Of a DNA stretch of 64,000 nt, positions 30,234 through 38,927 are shown piece after piece. Position 1 is the first letter of the stretch, and the number at the start of each line of letters is the position of its first letter. Both the position numbers and the translations under genes were made by a program. The notes under the pieces are model-generated. The model made no database searches. It worked only from the letters and a program-made list of their open reading frames with translations, and was not told the DNA's origin. The DNA is from Acidobacteriota bacterium (GTDB lineage: Bacteria > Acidobacteriota > Vicinamibacteria > Vicinamibacterales > UBA2999), in assembly GCA_021731165.1 (NCBI GenBank), contig JAKFXY010000004.1:640-64639 (forward strand), given 5' to 3'.

Positions 30234-32558
30234 ATGGACAGAGGCGTCGACTATGATTGGGCCACGCGTTACAGGCTCCTATCGACGCCCCGCTCGCAGT
30301 GTCTGGCGAGTTTCCTCCTTTACGCGGTGCTCACCGCACTCATGGGCCGCGAGGTGCTGGCGAATCTGTCTACAGCGGTGGCCAATGATGCGGGCGACCC
30401 GTTGCTGACCGCGGCGATTCTCCACTGGAACGCCCACCATATTCCATGGACGGAGGCATGGTGGCAGCTTCCGATTTTCTACCCGACGCGCGACACGCTG
30501 GCGTTTTCCGAGCATCTGCTCGGCCTGAGTGCAATGGCGGCGCCGATCGACTGGGTGACCGGCAATGCGCTGGTCACCTATAACCTGATTACGCTGCTCA
30601 CGTTTCCGCTCAGCGGCGCGGCGATGTACCTTCTCGTCTACAGGCTGACCCGCAGTGCGCCGGGTGCGCTCATCGCCGGTTTGGCGTTCGGCTTCGCGCC
30701 GTTCCGAATCTCGCAGCTTCCACACATCCAGATGCTCGCGGCGTTCTGGGCTCCTCTGGCGCTGCTTGGCCTGCACGCGTTCCTCGAGTCGCGAAAGGCT
30801 CGTTGGCTCGTGTTGTACGGCGCGGCGTGGACGCTGCAATCGATGGCCAACGGTTATGCGCTCGTATTCTTTTCCGTCCTCATTGGTTTCTGGGTGCTCT
30901 GGTTTGCTGTCGCACAGCGGCGGTGGCGCGATCTCGGACTGATCGCCGTCGCCACTCTCGTGGCCGCTATCCCGCTTGTGCCGATCCTGTACACCTACGT
31001 CGCAGTTCACGATCGCCACGGTTTCGTGCGGGGCCTCGACGAGATCCGGACGTTCAGCGCGGATGTCGCGGCTGTCCTCTGCGCGCCGCCGGCGCTGACG
31101 TTCTGGGGCTGGATTCGTGTGGCGTGCCGGGCGGAAGGAGAGCTGTTTCCTGGAGTCGGGCTGTTTGCGTTGAGCGCCGCGGCGCTGATTGGTGTTCTCG
31201 GCTTCCGGCAGGCGATGGCGGTGCCACGTTCGCCGAGGGCTGTCACATTCATTCGCCGGCTGCTGCTGGTTGGCGCCGGGGTGAATGCGGCGGTGATTCT
31301 GTCGGTCGTCGTCGGCGGGCCGTGGAGCATGGACTGGGGATGGTTCCACGCGTCGGCAGCCTCGATTCGCAAGCCGACGCTGTCAACCCTCGCAGGCCTC
31401 TTCGGCGCCCTGATCCTGGCGCCCGGAGCGTGGGCCGCGGTGAAGCGCGCATCGCCAAACGGCTTCTACTTGTTTGCGGCACTCGTAGCGTGGCTGCTGG
31501 CGCTCGGTCCAACCATCACGCTGATGGGAGAGCCGACGGGCTTCACAGGTCCCTTTGCCTGGCTCCTGGCGCTCCCAGGGGCTGAGGGACTGCGCGTGCC
31601 GGCACGCTTCTGGCTCGTGAGCGCTATCTCACTCTCGGTTGCCGCCGGGCTGTTCGTCGCAGATGCGCTGGCCCGACGCTCGCGTGCCGTCATGGCGACG
31701 GCGCTGATCCTGATCGGCAGTGTCGTGGCAGCCGATGGCTGGGCGACGATCGGCGTACAGCCTGTGCCGCCTTCGGCGCCTGATCCCACGGTGCTCGAGG
31801 GCCAGGTCGTGATGGAGCTTCCTGTCGCCACCTATCGCGACATCGCCGCGCAATGGCGGGCCATTACTGGAGGGTGGACGGCGGTCAACGGGTACAGTGG
31901 ATTCGGGCCGAGTTACTACCTCGCGCTGGTCAATGCGGGACGCTTCGAGGAAGACACCTCGTTCATCCCCTTCCAGCGCGACCACGAGCTGCACGTCATT
32001 GTGCCGAGGGACGAGCTGCGTATGATTGCCCTGGTGGAGCGTCAGCCTGGCGTCGTCAAGACGGCTGAAAATACCTGGGCCCTGCAGTACCGTCTGCCGA
32101 AGCGGTCATCCGCGGCGTTTGTGGAGCCTGGACCGGCGGTGCCGATTGCCGGGACGGAATCCGGCTGCAACGCGGGGGCGATAGGGCTGGCGTTCGACCG
32201 TGACGAGACAACGCGTTGGGTGTGCCCTCCGATTGGCGTCAGCCAGGAGCTCACGATCGATCTCGGCGAGGCGACGACCATCGGCGCCTTCGTCCAGGGA
32301 ATGGGGAACTTTTGGTGGGAGGCCCCACGGGCTTTGACGATCGACACGTCACTCGACACGCAGACATGGCAGGAAGCCTGGAAGGGCAGTGTACTCGCGC
32401 AGGTGATTGAAGGTGGGATGCGTGACCCGAGGTCGCTTCGTATCATCGTGCCGTTCCAATCCCGTGAAGCGCGATACCTGAGGGTTCGGATTCAGGAAGC
32501 GGACCCGGGATTCTATTGGACGATCGCCGAAGCCGAAGTGCGGCGGCCGGCGCCCTGA
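30234..32558 (+). CDS. Polytopic membrane protein (GT-C/YfhO-like) with a C-terminal discoidin/F5-8 type C-like domain
   Basis: Paralogue of 10868..13249 (GDPLL, FYP..DTLAFSEHL, EGELFPG, RVPARF, VNGYSG). Tail AFDRDETTRW...LTIDLGE...ARYLRV...WTIAEAEV is discoidin-like. Confidence 0.65.
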   Translation: MDRGVDYDWATRYRLLSTPRSQCLASFLLYAVLTALMGREVLANLSTAVANDAGDPLLTAAILHWNAHHIPWTEAWWQLPIFYPTRDTLAFSEHLLGLSAMAAPIDWVTGNALVTYNLITLLTFPLSGAAMYLLVYRLTRSAPGALIAGLAFGFAPFRISQLPHIQMLAAFWAPLALLGLHAFLESRKARWLVLYGAAWTLQSMANGYALVFFSVLIGFWVLWFAVAQRRWRDLGLIAVATLVAAIPLVPILYTYVAVHDRHGFVRGLDEIRTFSADVAAVLCAPPALTFWGWIRVACRAEGELFPGVGLFALSAAALIGVLGFRQAMAVPRSPRAVTFIRRLLLVGAGVNAAVILSVVVGGPWSMDWGWFHASAASIRKPTLSTLAGLFGALILAPGAWAAVKRASPNGFYLFAALVAWLLALGPTITLMGEPTGFTGPFAWLLALPGAEGLRVPARFWLVSAISLSVAAGLFVADALARRSRAVMATALILIGSVVAADGWATIGVQPVPPSAPDPTVLEGQVVMELPVATYRDIAAQWRAITGGWTAVNGYSGFGPSYYLALVNAGRFEEDTSFIPFQRDHELHVIVPRDELRMIALVERQPGVVKTAENTWALQYRLPKRSSAAFVEPGPAVPIAGTESGCNAGAIGLAFDRDETTRWVCPPIGVSQELTIDLGEATTIGAFVQGMGNFWWEAPRALTIDTSLDTQTWQEAWKGSVLAQVIEGGMRDPRSLRIIVPFQSREARYLRVRIQEADPGFYWTIAEAEVRRPAP

Positions 32559-32585
32559 CCGCGCCCGCGGGGGGGTGAGGATGGG

Positions 32586-33605
32586 CTACGCGAGCCGGCC
32601 CGTCTCGGCCTCGAGTAACGACCAGCACCTCGCGCCGAGCGTGTTTTTCCATGCGGCGTAGACGCCGGACAGTTGCGCGCGAAACGGCGCGGAGTCCACA
32701 TCATTGAACGCCAGGCCATGGCCCGCCATGGTGCCCCGCGCGGCCGTATTGGCTTTTTCCTGGTCCAGGCGCTGAAGGCGGACTGCCTTGGTCGCCTGAC
32801 GCTCGATGACCGCCCTGATATCGAGCGGAATACGATTCCACGCCGCCTGGTTCGCGAGCAGGTTGAACCCGGACCACATGTGGTTGGTCATGCTCACGTA
32901 CTTCATGACTTCGTAGTGCCTGAAAAGGTCCATGTAGGCGAGGGGATTCTCCTGGGCATCGACGGTGCCGGCTTTGAGCGCGGCGTAGATGCCACTGCTG
33001 TTGACGGTGACGGGTTCGGCTCCAAAGGCACGGATGATGTCGTCGAACATCTTGCCGTCGGGCACACGCACCTTGAGGCCAGCGAGATCAGCGGGAACCC
33101 GGATCGGCCGCGTCCGGCCGGCGATCTGCCGCATTCCGTTGTCGAATGTGCCAACCGCGAAGCCGACAATGCCCTTGGCCGCCATTTCCCCGCGAAGATA
33201 CGTTCCGAGCGGGCCGTCGATTGCCGTGTGGGCGTGGGCCGCGGAACGGAACGCGAACGGGACCTGCTGCACGTTTGCGGCCGGTACGACGTTGCCAAGG
33301 ATGCCGCCCATCAGCGTGAAGAACTCAATCTCGCCTGAGACGAGCATCTGCAGCACGGCCGGGTCGCTGCCGGGGTTCTTGTTGTTCTCGGGGAAGACCT
33401 GTGTCTCGACGCGTCCTCCGGTCTCTTCGCGGATGGCCGCCCACATCTCTATCATCCGCTGGTGCAGCGGGCTCGCAGCGGTCTGGTTGTGGTACTGGGA
33501 GAACCGAAAATCGGGTGTGCGCTGACCGCGTGCGAGGATCGTCATCGATCCGATCGTGGCTGCGGTGAGAAACGACCGGCGACTCAACTCCCGTGCATGC
33601 GTCAT
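32586..33605 (-). CDS. TRAP transporter substrate-binding protein (DctP family) with Tat signal
   Basis: SRRSFL twin-arginine motif, NGMRQ, DLAGLKVRVP, ALKAGTVDAQENP, TNHMW; SD GAGGAG. Confidence 0.9.
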   Translation of the reverse strand: MTHARELSRRSFLTAATIGSMTILARGQRTPDFRFSQYHNQTAASPLHQRMIEMWAAIREETGGRVETQVFPENNKNPGSDPAVLQMLVSGEIEFFTLMGGILGNVVPAANVQQVPFAFRSAAHAHTAIDGPLGTYLRGEMAAKGIVGFAVGTFDNGMRQIAGRTRPIRVPADLAGLKVRVPDGKMFDDIIRAFGAEPVTVNSSGIYAALKAGTVDAQENPLAYMDLFRHYEVMKYVSMTNHMWSGFNLLANQAAWNRIPLDIRAVIERQATKAVRLQRLDQEKANTAARGTMAGHGLAFNDVDSAPFRAQLSGVYAAWKNTLGARCWSLLEAETGRLA

Positions 33606-33633
33606 GATGTGCTCCTCGCGGACTCGGGATACT

Positions 33634-34536
33634 TTACATCGGCCGCTGCCTGAGCCTCTCCTCGAGCAGCTGGGTGCTGTCAAAAGCCGCGAGCTGCAAT
33701 GCCTGTACGGTGGTTCCCGCCAACGCGGCGGCGGGAACCAGTCCGACGACTTCACTCTCCAGTACGGCGACTCCACGCGTGGCTGCTTCCCGCGCGACCG
33801 CCTCGAACACCTGGCGCATGGACGTCTCCCTGTAATTGGTGAGGTTCATCGAGACCTGCACGATGCCGCGGCTCTTGAGCGCAACGCCGATCGCTTTCAC
33901 GAAGGGAAGGCCTCCGCCGCTGTGGCGCACGACGGCGGCGATTGCCTTGGCGATGTCGAGGCGATCGGTGGCCAGGTTGATGTTATAGGCGATGAGCAGC
34001 CCGCGGGCGCCGATTGCCACGGCGCCGGCGCTCGGGTGCGGAGACGGGGGACCGTAGTCGGGCTGCCAGTCGGGGGACGCCATCTTCGTGGCCAACCCTT
34101 CGAATTGGCCACGGCGGATGTCCTCGAGGCGGCGACGCGAAGATCCGGACGCGGCTTCTTCGTACAGGAATACCGGCAGCTGGAATCGGCGCGCCACTTC
34201 GGAGGCTGCTTCTTTGGCCAGCGCCACGCAGTCGGCCATCGTCGCACCCTCGAGGGGCACGAATGGAACCACGTCGACCGCGCCGATGCGAGGATGCTCC
34301 CCGGTGTGCGTTCGCAGGTCGATCGCCGCGATCGCCACCTCGAAGAGTGCAAGCACCGCCTCCTTCAGCGCGGCGGCTTCGCCCACCATGGTCAGCACCG
34401 AGCGGTTGTGCGACGGATCGGACGACACGTCGAGCAATCGAACCCCCACGACGCCTCGGACCGCTAGCGCGATGCGTTCGACGACCTCGGGACGTCGTCC
34501 CTCGCTGACGTTAGGCACGGATTCAATTAGGGCCAT
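33634..34536 (-). CDS. ftcD: Glutamate formimidoyltransferase
   Basis: ESVPNVSEGR, DPSHNRSV, HTGEHPRIGAVDVVPFVP, RRGQFEG, GAR..LIAYN, QVSMNL. Confidence 0.93.
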   Translation of the reverse strand: MALIESVPNVSEGRRPEVVERIALAVRGVVGVRLLDVSSDPSHNRSVLTMVGEAAALKEAVLALFEVAIAAIDLRTHTGEHPRIGAVDVVPFVPLEGATMADCVALAKEAASEVARRFQLPVFLYEEAASGSSRRRLEDIRRGQFEGLATKMASPDWQPDYGPPSPHPSAGAVAIGARGLLIAYNINLATDRLDIAKAIAAVVRHSGGGLPFVKAIGVALKSRGIVQVSMNLTNYRETSMRQVFEAVAREAATRGVAVLESEVVGLVPAAALAGTTVQALQLAAFDSTQLLEERLRQRPM

Positions 34537-34654
34537 CGGCTGTTTGTACCACGACCACCCCTCCAGACCGGCGGGTGCCGCCGGGCGCAATTCGTTGACC
34601 CCAAGAGGAGGTTGCTCGATAATCGCTGCACCGATACCGCCGACCAAGTCACCA

Positions 34655-35473
34655 ATGTCCGAACCGCTGCGCACCGATTCCGTCCAGGCGCCGGGTCCTT
34701 CCGGCGCCGCCGATCGTGCCGCTCGCGTTGAGCAGTTTCTGCTCTCCGGCCTCGACTGCTATTTCGCCGGCCAGTACGAACAAGCCATCAATGTCTGGAC
34801 GCGCGTGGTGTTTCTCGATCGAGGGCATGGCCGCGCTCGTGCGTATATCGCGCGCGCCCGCGCGGCGATGGCTGAGCGGCAGCGGGAATCCGAGGAGGTA
34901 CTTCACAGAGGCGTCGCGGCGTACGACGAGGGCGACATCGCCGCCGCCCGCGACTTGCTGACCAAGGCGGTCGAGGATGGGGGGACGGCGGACGAGGCCA
35001 TGGTGTTCCTCGAGCGGCTGAATCGCGTGACGGCTGTTCGCTCTGTTCGGGAGACCGCCCCGCTGCCGTCGAACCGTCCGCCGGGCGCGCCTGAGAAGCT
35101 GGCTCGGCGCCAGCGCCCGTCGATCTTGCTGTGGTTCATCGCGGCTATTGTCGTCGGCGGAGTCGCGTTGGGGGCGGCACCGGTGCTCTCGTGGCTGATG
35201 GATTTCCCAGCCGCTGCGGGTGCGCCCGGGCTGCAGGAGGCCAAGCCGGAGCCGTTGCCGATTGTCCGGACGTCCGATGCCTTGCTGGCCCGCGCCCGCG
35301 CCCTTCACGCTGGTGGGCATCTCCGAGATGCACTGGGCTTGCTCGATCGCATCGACATCGGCGATCCGATTCGAGGGGAAGCCGACCGAGTACGCGCCGA
35401 CATTCAACGCGATCTACTTGCCACGGCGACGCCGCAGCCGCTCGTGCCACCTAGGGGGGAGCCCGGTCGATGA
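34655..35473 (+). CDS. Hypothetical TPR-like bitopic membrane protein
   Basis: TPR-like helices (GLDCYFAGQYEQAINVWTRV), a central TM segment and a C-terminal helical repeat; coupled to the next gene. Confidence 0.7.
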   Translation: MSEPLRTDSVQAPGPSGAADRAARVEQFLLSGLDCYFAGQYEQAINVWTRVVFLDRGHGRARAYIARARAAMAERQRESEEVLHRGVAAYDEGDIAAARDLLTKAVEDGGTADEAMVFLERLNRVTAVRSVRETAPLPSNRPPGAPEKLARRQRPSILLWFIAAIVVGGVALGAAPVLSWLMDFPAAAGAPGLQEAKPEPLPIVRTSDALLARARALHAGGHLRDALGLLDRIDIGDPIRGEADRVRADIQRDLLATATPQPLVPPRGEPGR

Positions 35474-36546
35474 AGTGTCCCAAGTGTGACTACCTGGGAT
35501 TTGAAACTGGTGACCGGTGCAAGAATTGCGGCTATAACTTCTCGCTCATCCCCCCCCACGCGCCACCATCGTCGGACCCGACGACACTGCCGGAACCTGA
35601 TGTGTTCCTGCAGGATCTCGACAGACCTGAAGGGATCGGGTCAGGCACCGAGGTCTGGCTTGATCGCGTGGACGAGACGCTCCCGCCCATAGACATCGGC
35701 GCTATTCAACCGCATTCGGATGTGGCCGTCCTTCCGGACCTGTCGATGTTGTCTCCAACATCCGGGGCGCCTGCGATGGTGAGGCCGGGGACGTCGCGCC
35801 GCGAGATTGGAAGTGCCGGGCCCACCCGCGCCGAGCGCCTGACGGCGCACCAGACGCCCGTAGTCGCGTTGCCCCTCTTCGGGCAAGGTTCTGAGGGGGA
35901 TCAGGAGCCTCTGATCAAGGTGCCGCGCGCTCCACGCCCGCCGCTGTCGGTTCGCCGTACGCCCGATACGCCGCGGCTCCGCGCCGTGGCGAAGCCACAG
36001 TTGCCGAGGTCGCAACCCCGGCACGAATCGGAACCCGAACCATCCTTTCCTGAGCTGGCGATCACCCCGGCGGATGGCGAACCACCGGCGATGGAGAGTC
36101 CAGCTTCTCGCGGGTTGGCGCTGGGTGCAGGGACAGTGGAACCGGGCTCCGCGGCTCGCCGACTCGCTGCGGCCGCGATCGACGTCGCCATTCTGCTGAT
36201 GATCGATGCGGCGGTCGTTTACTTCACTCTGCGCATGGCGGCACTCACGACCGGAGACTGGGCTCTGTTGCCCAGACTCCCGCTGGCGACGTTTCTCGTG
36301 CTGATCGCGCTCGCGTACCTCTGCGCTTTTACCGCCATCGGAGGCCAGACCATCGGCAAGATGGCCGTTCGCATTCGAGTCGTCACAGACGGCGAACCGG
36401 TTCCGGCCGCTGGACAGGCGGTACGGCGGACGCTCGCGGCGGTCCTCACGGCGGCGACGTGCGGCCTCGGCTATCTGCCGGGGCTCTTCGGCGATCGCCG
36501 TGCGCTTCACGACCGCCTGGCACGCACCCGCGTCGTGTCGGCCTGA
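35470..36546 (+). CDS. RDD family protein with N-terminal zinc ribbon
   Basis: CPKC...CKNC, Pro-rich linker, RRLAAAAID, GQTIGKMAVRIRVV, RALHDRLARTRVV. Confidence 0.85.
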   Translation: MKCPKCDYLGFETGDRCKNCGYNFSLIPPHAPPSSDPTTLPEPDVFLQDLDRPEGIGSGTEVWLDRVDETLPPIDIGAIQPHSDVAVLPDLSMLSPTSGAPAMVRPGTSRREIGSAGPTRAERLTAHQTPVVALPLFGQGSEGDQEPLIKVPRAPRPPLSVRRTPDTPRLRAVAKPQLPRSQPRHESEPEPSFPELAITPADGEPPAMESPASRGLALGAGTVEPGSAARRLAAAAIDVAILLMIDAAVVYFTLRMAALTTGDWALLPRLPLATFLVLIALAYLCAFTAIGGQTIGKMAVRIRVVTDGEPVPAAGQAVRRTLAAVLTAATCGLGYLPGLFGDRRALHDRLARTRVVSA

Positions 36547-36568
36547 CTCGGCATCCCGGCACACCGTC

Positions 36569-37033
36569 ATGAATCGAATCGGGCTGTTCATCGCCACGTG
36601 CGGGTACATTGGTTACGTACCGGTTGCGCCGGGGACCTTCGGCTCGGCAGCAGGTCTTGCCGTCTTCTATGCCGTCAGGGCCACCGGATCGGTGGAAGCG
36701 GAACTCGCCTTGATTGGCCTGCTCTTCGCGCTCGGCATCTGGAGCAGCAACGTGGCCGAACGTCACTTCGGCGGTGTCGACCCCGGTCCGATCGTGCTGG
36801 ATGAAGTCGTCGGCATGCTCATCACGCTCGCCCTGCTCCCGGTCAATGCCTACGGCGCCCTGACGGGTTTCGTGCTGTTCCGCATCCTCGACGTGTTCAA
36901 ACCTTGGCCGGCAGGCCGGTTCGAGCGTCTGCCTGGCGGCCTGGGCGTCATGGCGGATGACGGGATGGCCGCCCTCTACGGCAATCTTGTCATGCGCGCG
37001 CTCGTCGCCTTCTTTCCAGGCTGGCTCGCATGA
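36569..37033 (+). CDS. pgpA: Phosphatidylglycerophosphatase A
   Basis: APGTFGS, DPGPIVLDEVVG, FRILDVFKPWP, GGLGVMADD. Confidence 0.95.
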   Translation: MNRIGLFIATCGYIGYVPVAPGTFGSAAGLAVFYAVRATGSVEAELALIGLLFALGIWSSNVAERHFGGVDPGPIVLDEVVGMLITLALLPVNAYGALTGFVLFRILDVFKPWPAGRFERLPGGLGVMADDGMAALYGNLVMRALVAFFPGWLA

Positions 37034-38292
37034 GGCCGCTCTCGCGAGCGGCCATTCTTGCCGTCGGCAGCGAGCTGCTCACCCCGTTTCGCACGGACAC
37101 CAACTCGCTGCACATCACGGCGCAGCTCAACCGGCTGGGCGTGGACGTGATGTTCAAGAGTGTCGTGGGCGACGATCGAGATGAGCTCCTGCATGCCGTC
37201 CGGGCGGCGCTCGATCGTGTGGATCTCCTGGTCTGCTGTGGCGGTCTTGGGCCTACCGACGATGACGTCACGCGTGATGTCGTAGCGAAAGCGCTCGGGC
37301 GAGACGTGCGCGAGGACCTTGGCATGACCGAGCGCATTCGAGCGCGGTACGTGGCGCGGGGCTTCGCGATGCCGATGCCGGAGATCAATCGGCGGCAAGC
37401 GATGGTGCCGACTGGTGCGCGCGTGATCGAGAATAGGTATGGGAGCGCTCCTGGCTTATGGCTGGAGGAGGGAGACCGCGTCGTGCTCCTGCTGCCAGGT
37501 CCTCCAGGGGAGCTCGGGCCGATGCTGGCAGCCGTGGTGGACAGCCTGCTCATGGAGCGTGTGTCCGGAACGGCGATCGTACGTCGCAGCATCAAGATGA
37601 CGGGACGGATCGAATCACGGACCGAGGAGCAACTTCGGCCGTTGTACACGGAGTGGAGCTCGGCCGCCGTGCCTGTCTCTGCGACGATCCTGGCGGCGCT
37701 CGGACAGATCGAGCTGCACCTGTCCGCCCGCGGCCCTGCGGCCGCGGCATCCGAGGCGGCGCTGTCGGCCGCCGTTCGGCAAGTGGTCGCCGTGCTCGGC
37801 GGTGACGTGTTCAGCACGGAGGGGCACGAACTCGAAAGAGTGCTGGGTGATCTGCTCGTGGCGCGAGCACTGCGCATCGCGGTGGCCGAGTCCTGCACAG
37901 GGGGACTCATTGCGTCACGACTCACCGACGTCCCCGGCAGTTCCCGGTATCTCGAGCGCGGTGTGGTGGCATACAGCAACGAAGCGAAGACCGAGTTGCT
38001 CGGCGTGAACGCCGACATCATCGCGGAGCACGGTGCGGTGAGCGAGCCGGTGGCGCTCGCCATGGCCAATGGCATCCGGTCCCGCGCCCGCGTTGATGTC
38101 GGTGTTGGTGTGACGGGCATCGCGGGGCCAGACGGCGGGACACCAGAGAAGCCGGTGGGCACCGTTGTCGTGGCGGCCGCGACGGCAGACTGGAGCCGCT
38201 CGCGCGTGTTCCACTTTGCCGGGGATCGGGCGCAGGTGAAGTTCCAGGCGTCCCAAGCCGCGCTCGACATGGTCCGTCGTATGCTGTCGTAG
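37030..38292 (+). CDS. cinA: Competence/damage-inducible protein CinA (MoCF domain plus PncC)
   Basis: VGSELL, DTNS, GGLGPTDDDVT, AESCTGG, GAVSEPVA, TGIAGPDGG. Confidence 0.94.
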   Translation: MRPLSRAAILAVGSELLTPFRTDTNSLHITAQLNRLGVDVMFKSVVGDDRDELLHAVRAALDRVDLLVCCGGLGPTDDDVTRDVVAKALGRDVREDLGMTERIRARYVARGFAMPMPEINRRQAMVPTGARVIENRYGSAPGLWLEEGDRVVLLLPGPPGELGPMLAAVVDSLLMERVSGTAIVRRSIKMTGRIESRTEEQLRPLYTEWSSAAVPVSATILAALGQIELHLSARGPAAAASEAALSAAVRQVVAVLGGDVFSTEGHELERVLGDLLVARALRIAVAESCTGGLIASRLTDVPGSSRYLERGVVAYSNEAKTELLGVNADIIAEHGAVSEPVALAMANGIRSRARVDVGVGVTGIAGPDGGTPEKPVGTVVVAAATADWSRSRVFHFAGDRAQVKFQASQAALDMVRRMLS

Positions 38293-38301
38293 AGGCGAAT
38301 T

Positions 38302-38892
38302 CTGGAAGAGACCCTCGCTGTCACGCTCGCCTATGTCGTCGGTTCCGTACCGTTTGCCTTCTTGCTGGCTCGGCGTCGCGGTGTCGATCTGCGCAGTGCG
38401 GGCAGTGGCAATATCGGGGCGACGAATGTGCTTCGGACAGCCGGTGTCAGAAGTGCCGTGGTCGCGATGTGCCTGGACGCTCTGAAAGGACTGTTGGCTG
38501 TACTCGTGGCCCAGCGATTGACGTCGGGGCCGGCGACACCCGTGGCCGCGGGATTGGCGTCGGTCATCGGCCATATCTATCCCGTATGGCTGGGGTTCCG
38601 TGGTGGGAAGGGAGTCGCCACGGCGGCAGGCGTCTTTGCCGTCTTGGCCCCGACTGCGCTGGCGGTCGCCAGTGCCGTGTTTGTCGCGGGCGTATGGACC
38701 ACCCGTTACATCTCAGCGGGGTCCGTGGCTGGCGCCACCGCGCTTGCGGTGACTGCCGCGGCCAGCGGCGCGGAGCCGGCCGTGGTGGTCGGTTCCATTG
38801 TCGCGGCGCTCATCATCGTCCATCGCCACCGCGCGAACCTTGCACGGCTTCTCTCCGGCACGGAGCGCCGGGTAGGGCAGCGGCTGTTCTAG
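38302..38892 (+). CDS. plsY: Glycerol-3-phosphate 1-O-acyltransferase PlsY (probable non-canonical start)
   Basis: YVVGSVP, GSGNIGATNVLR, D.LKG, GHIYP, GGKGVAT, HRANLARL. The conserved N-terminal motif lies upstream of the track's TTG, so the start is probably CTG 38302 or ATT 38299. Confidence 0.92.
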   Translation: MEETLAVTLAYVVGSVPFAFLLARRRGVDLRSAGSGNIGATNVLRTAGVRSAVVAMCLDALKGLLAVLVAQRLTSGPATPVAAGLASVIGHIYPVWLGFRGGKGVATAAGVFAVLAPTALAVASAVFVAGVWTTRYISAGSVAGATALAVTAAASGAEPAVVVGSIVAALIIVHRHRANLARLLSGTERRVGQRLF

Positions 38893-38927
38893 GCGTGCCA
38901 TGAAGGGGCGCCCTGCTGGAGGTCGTT

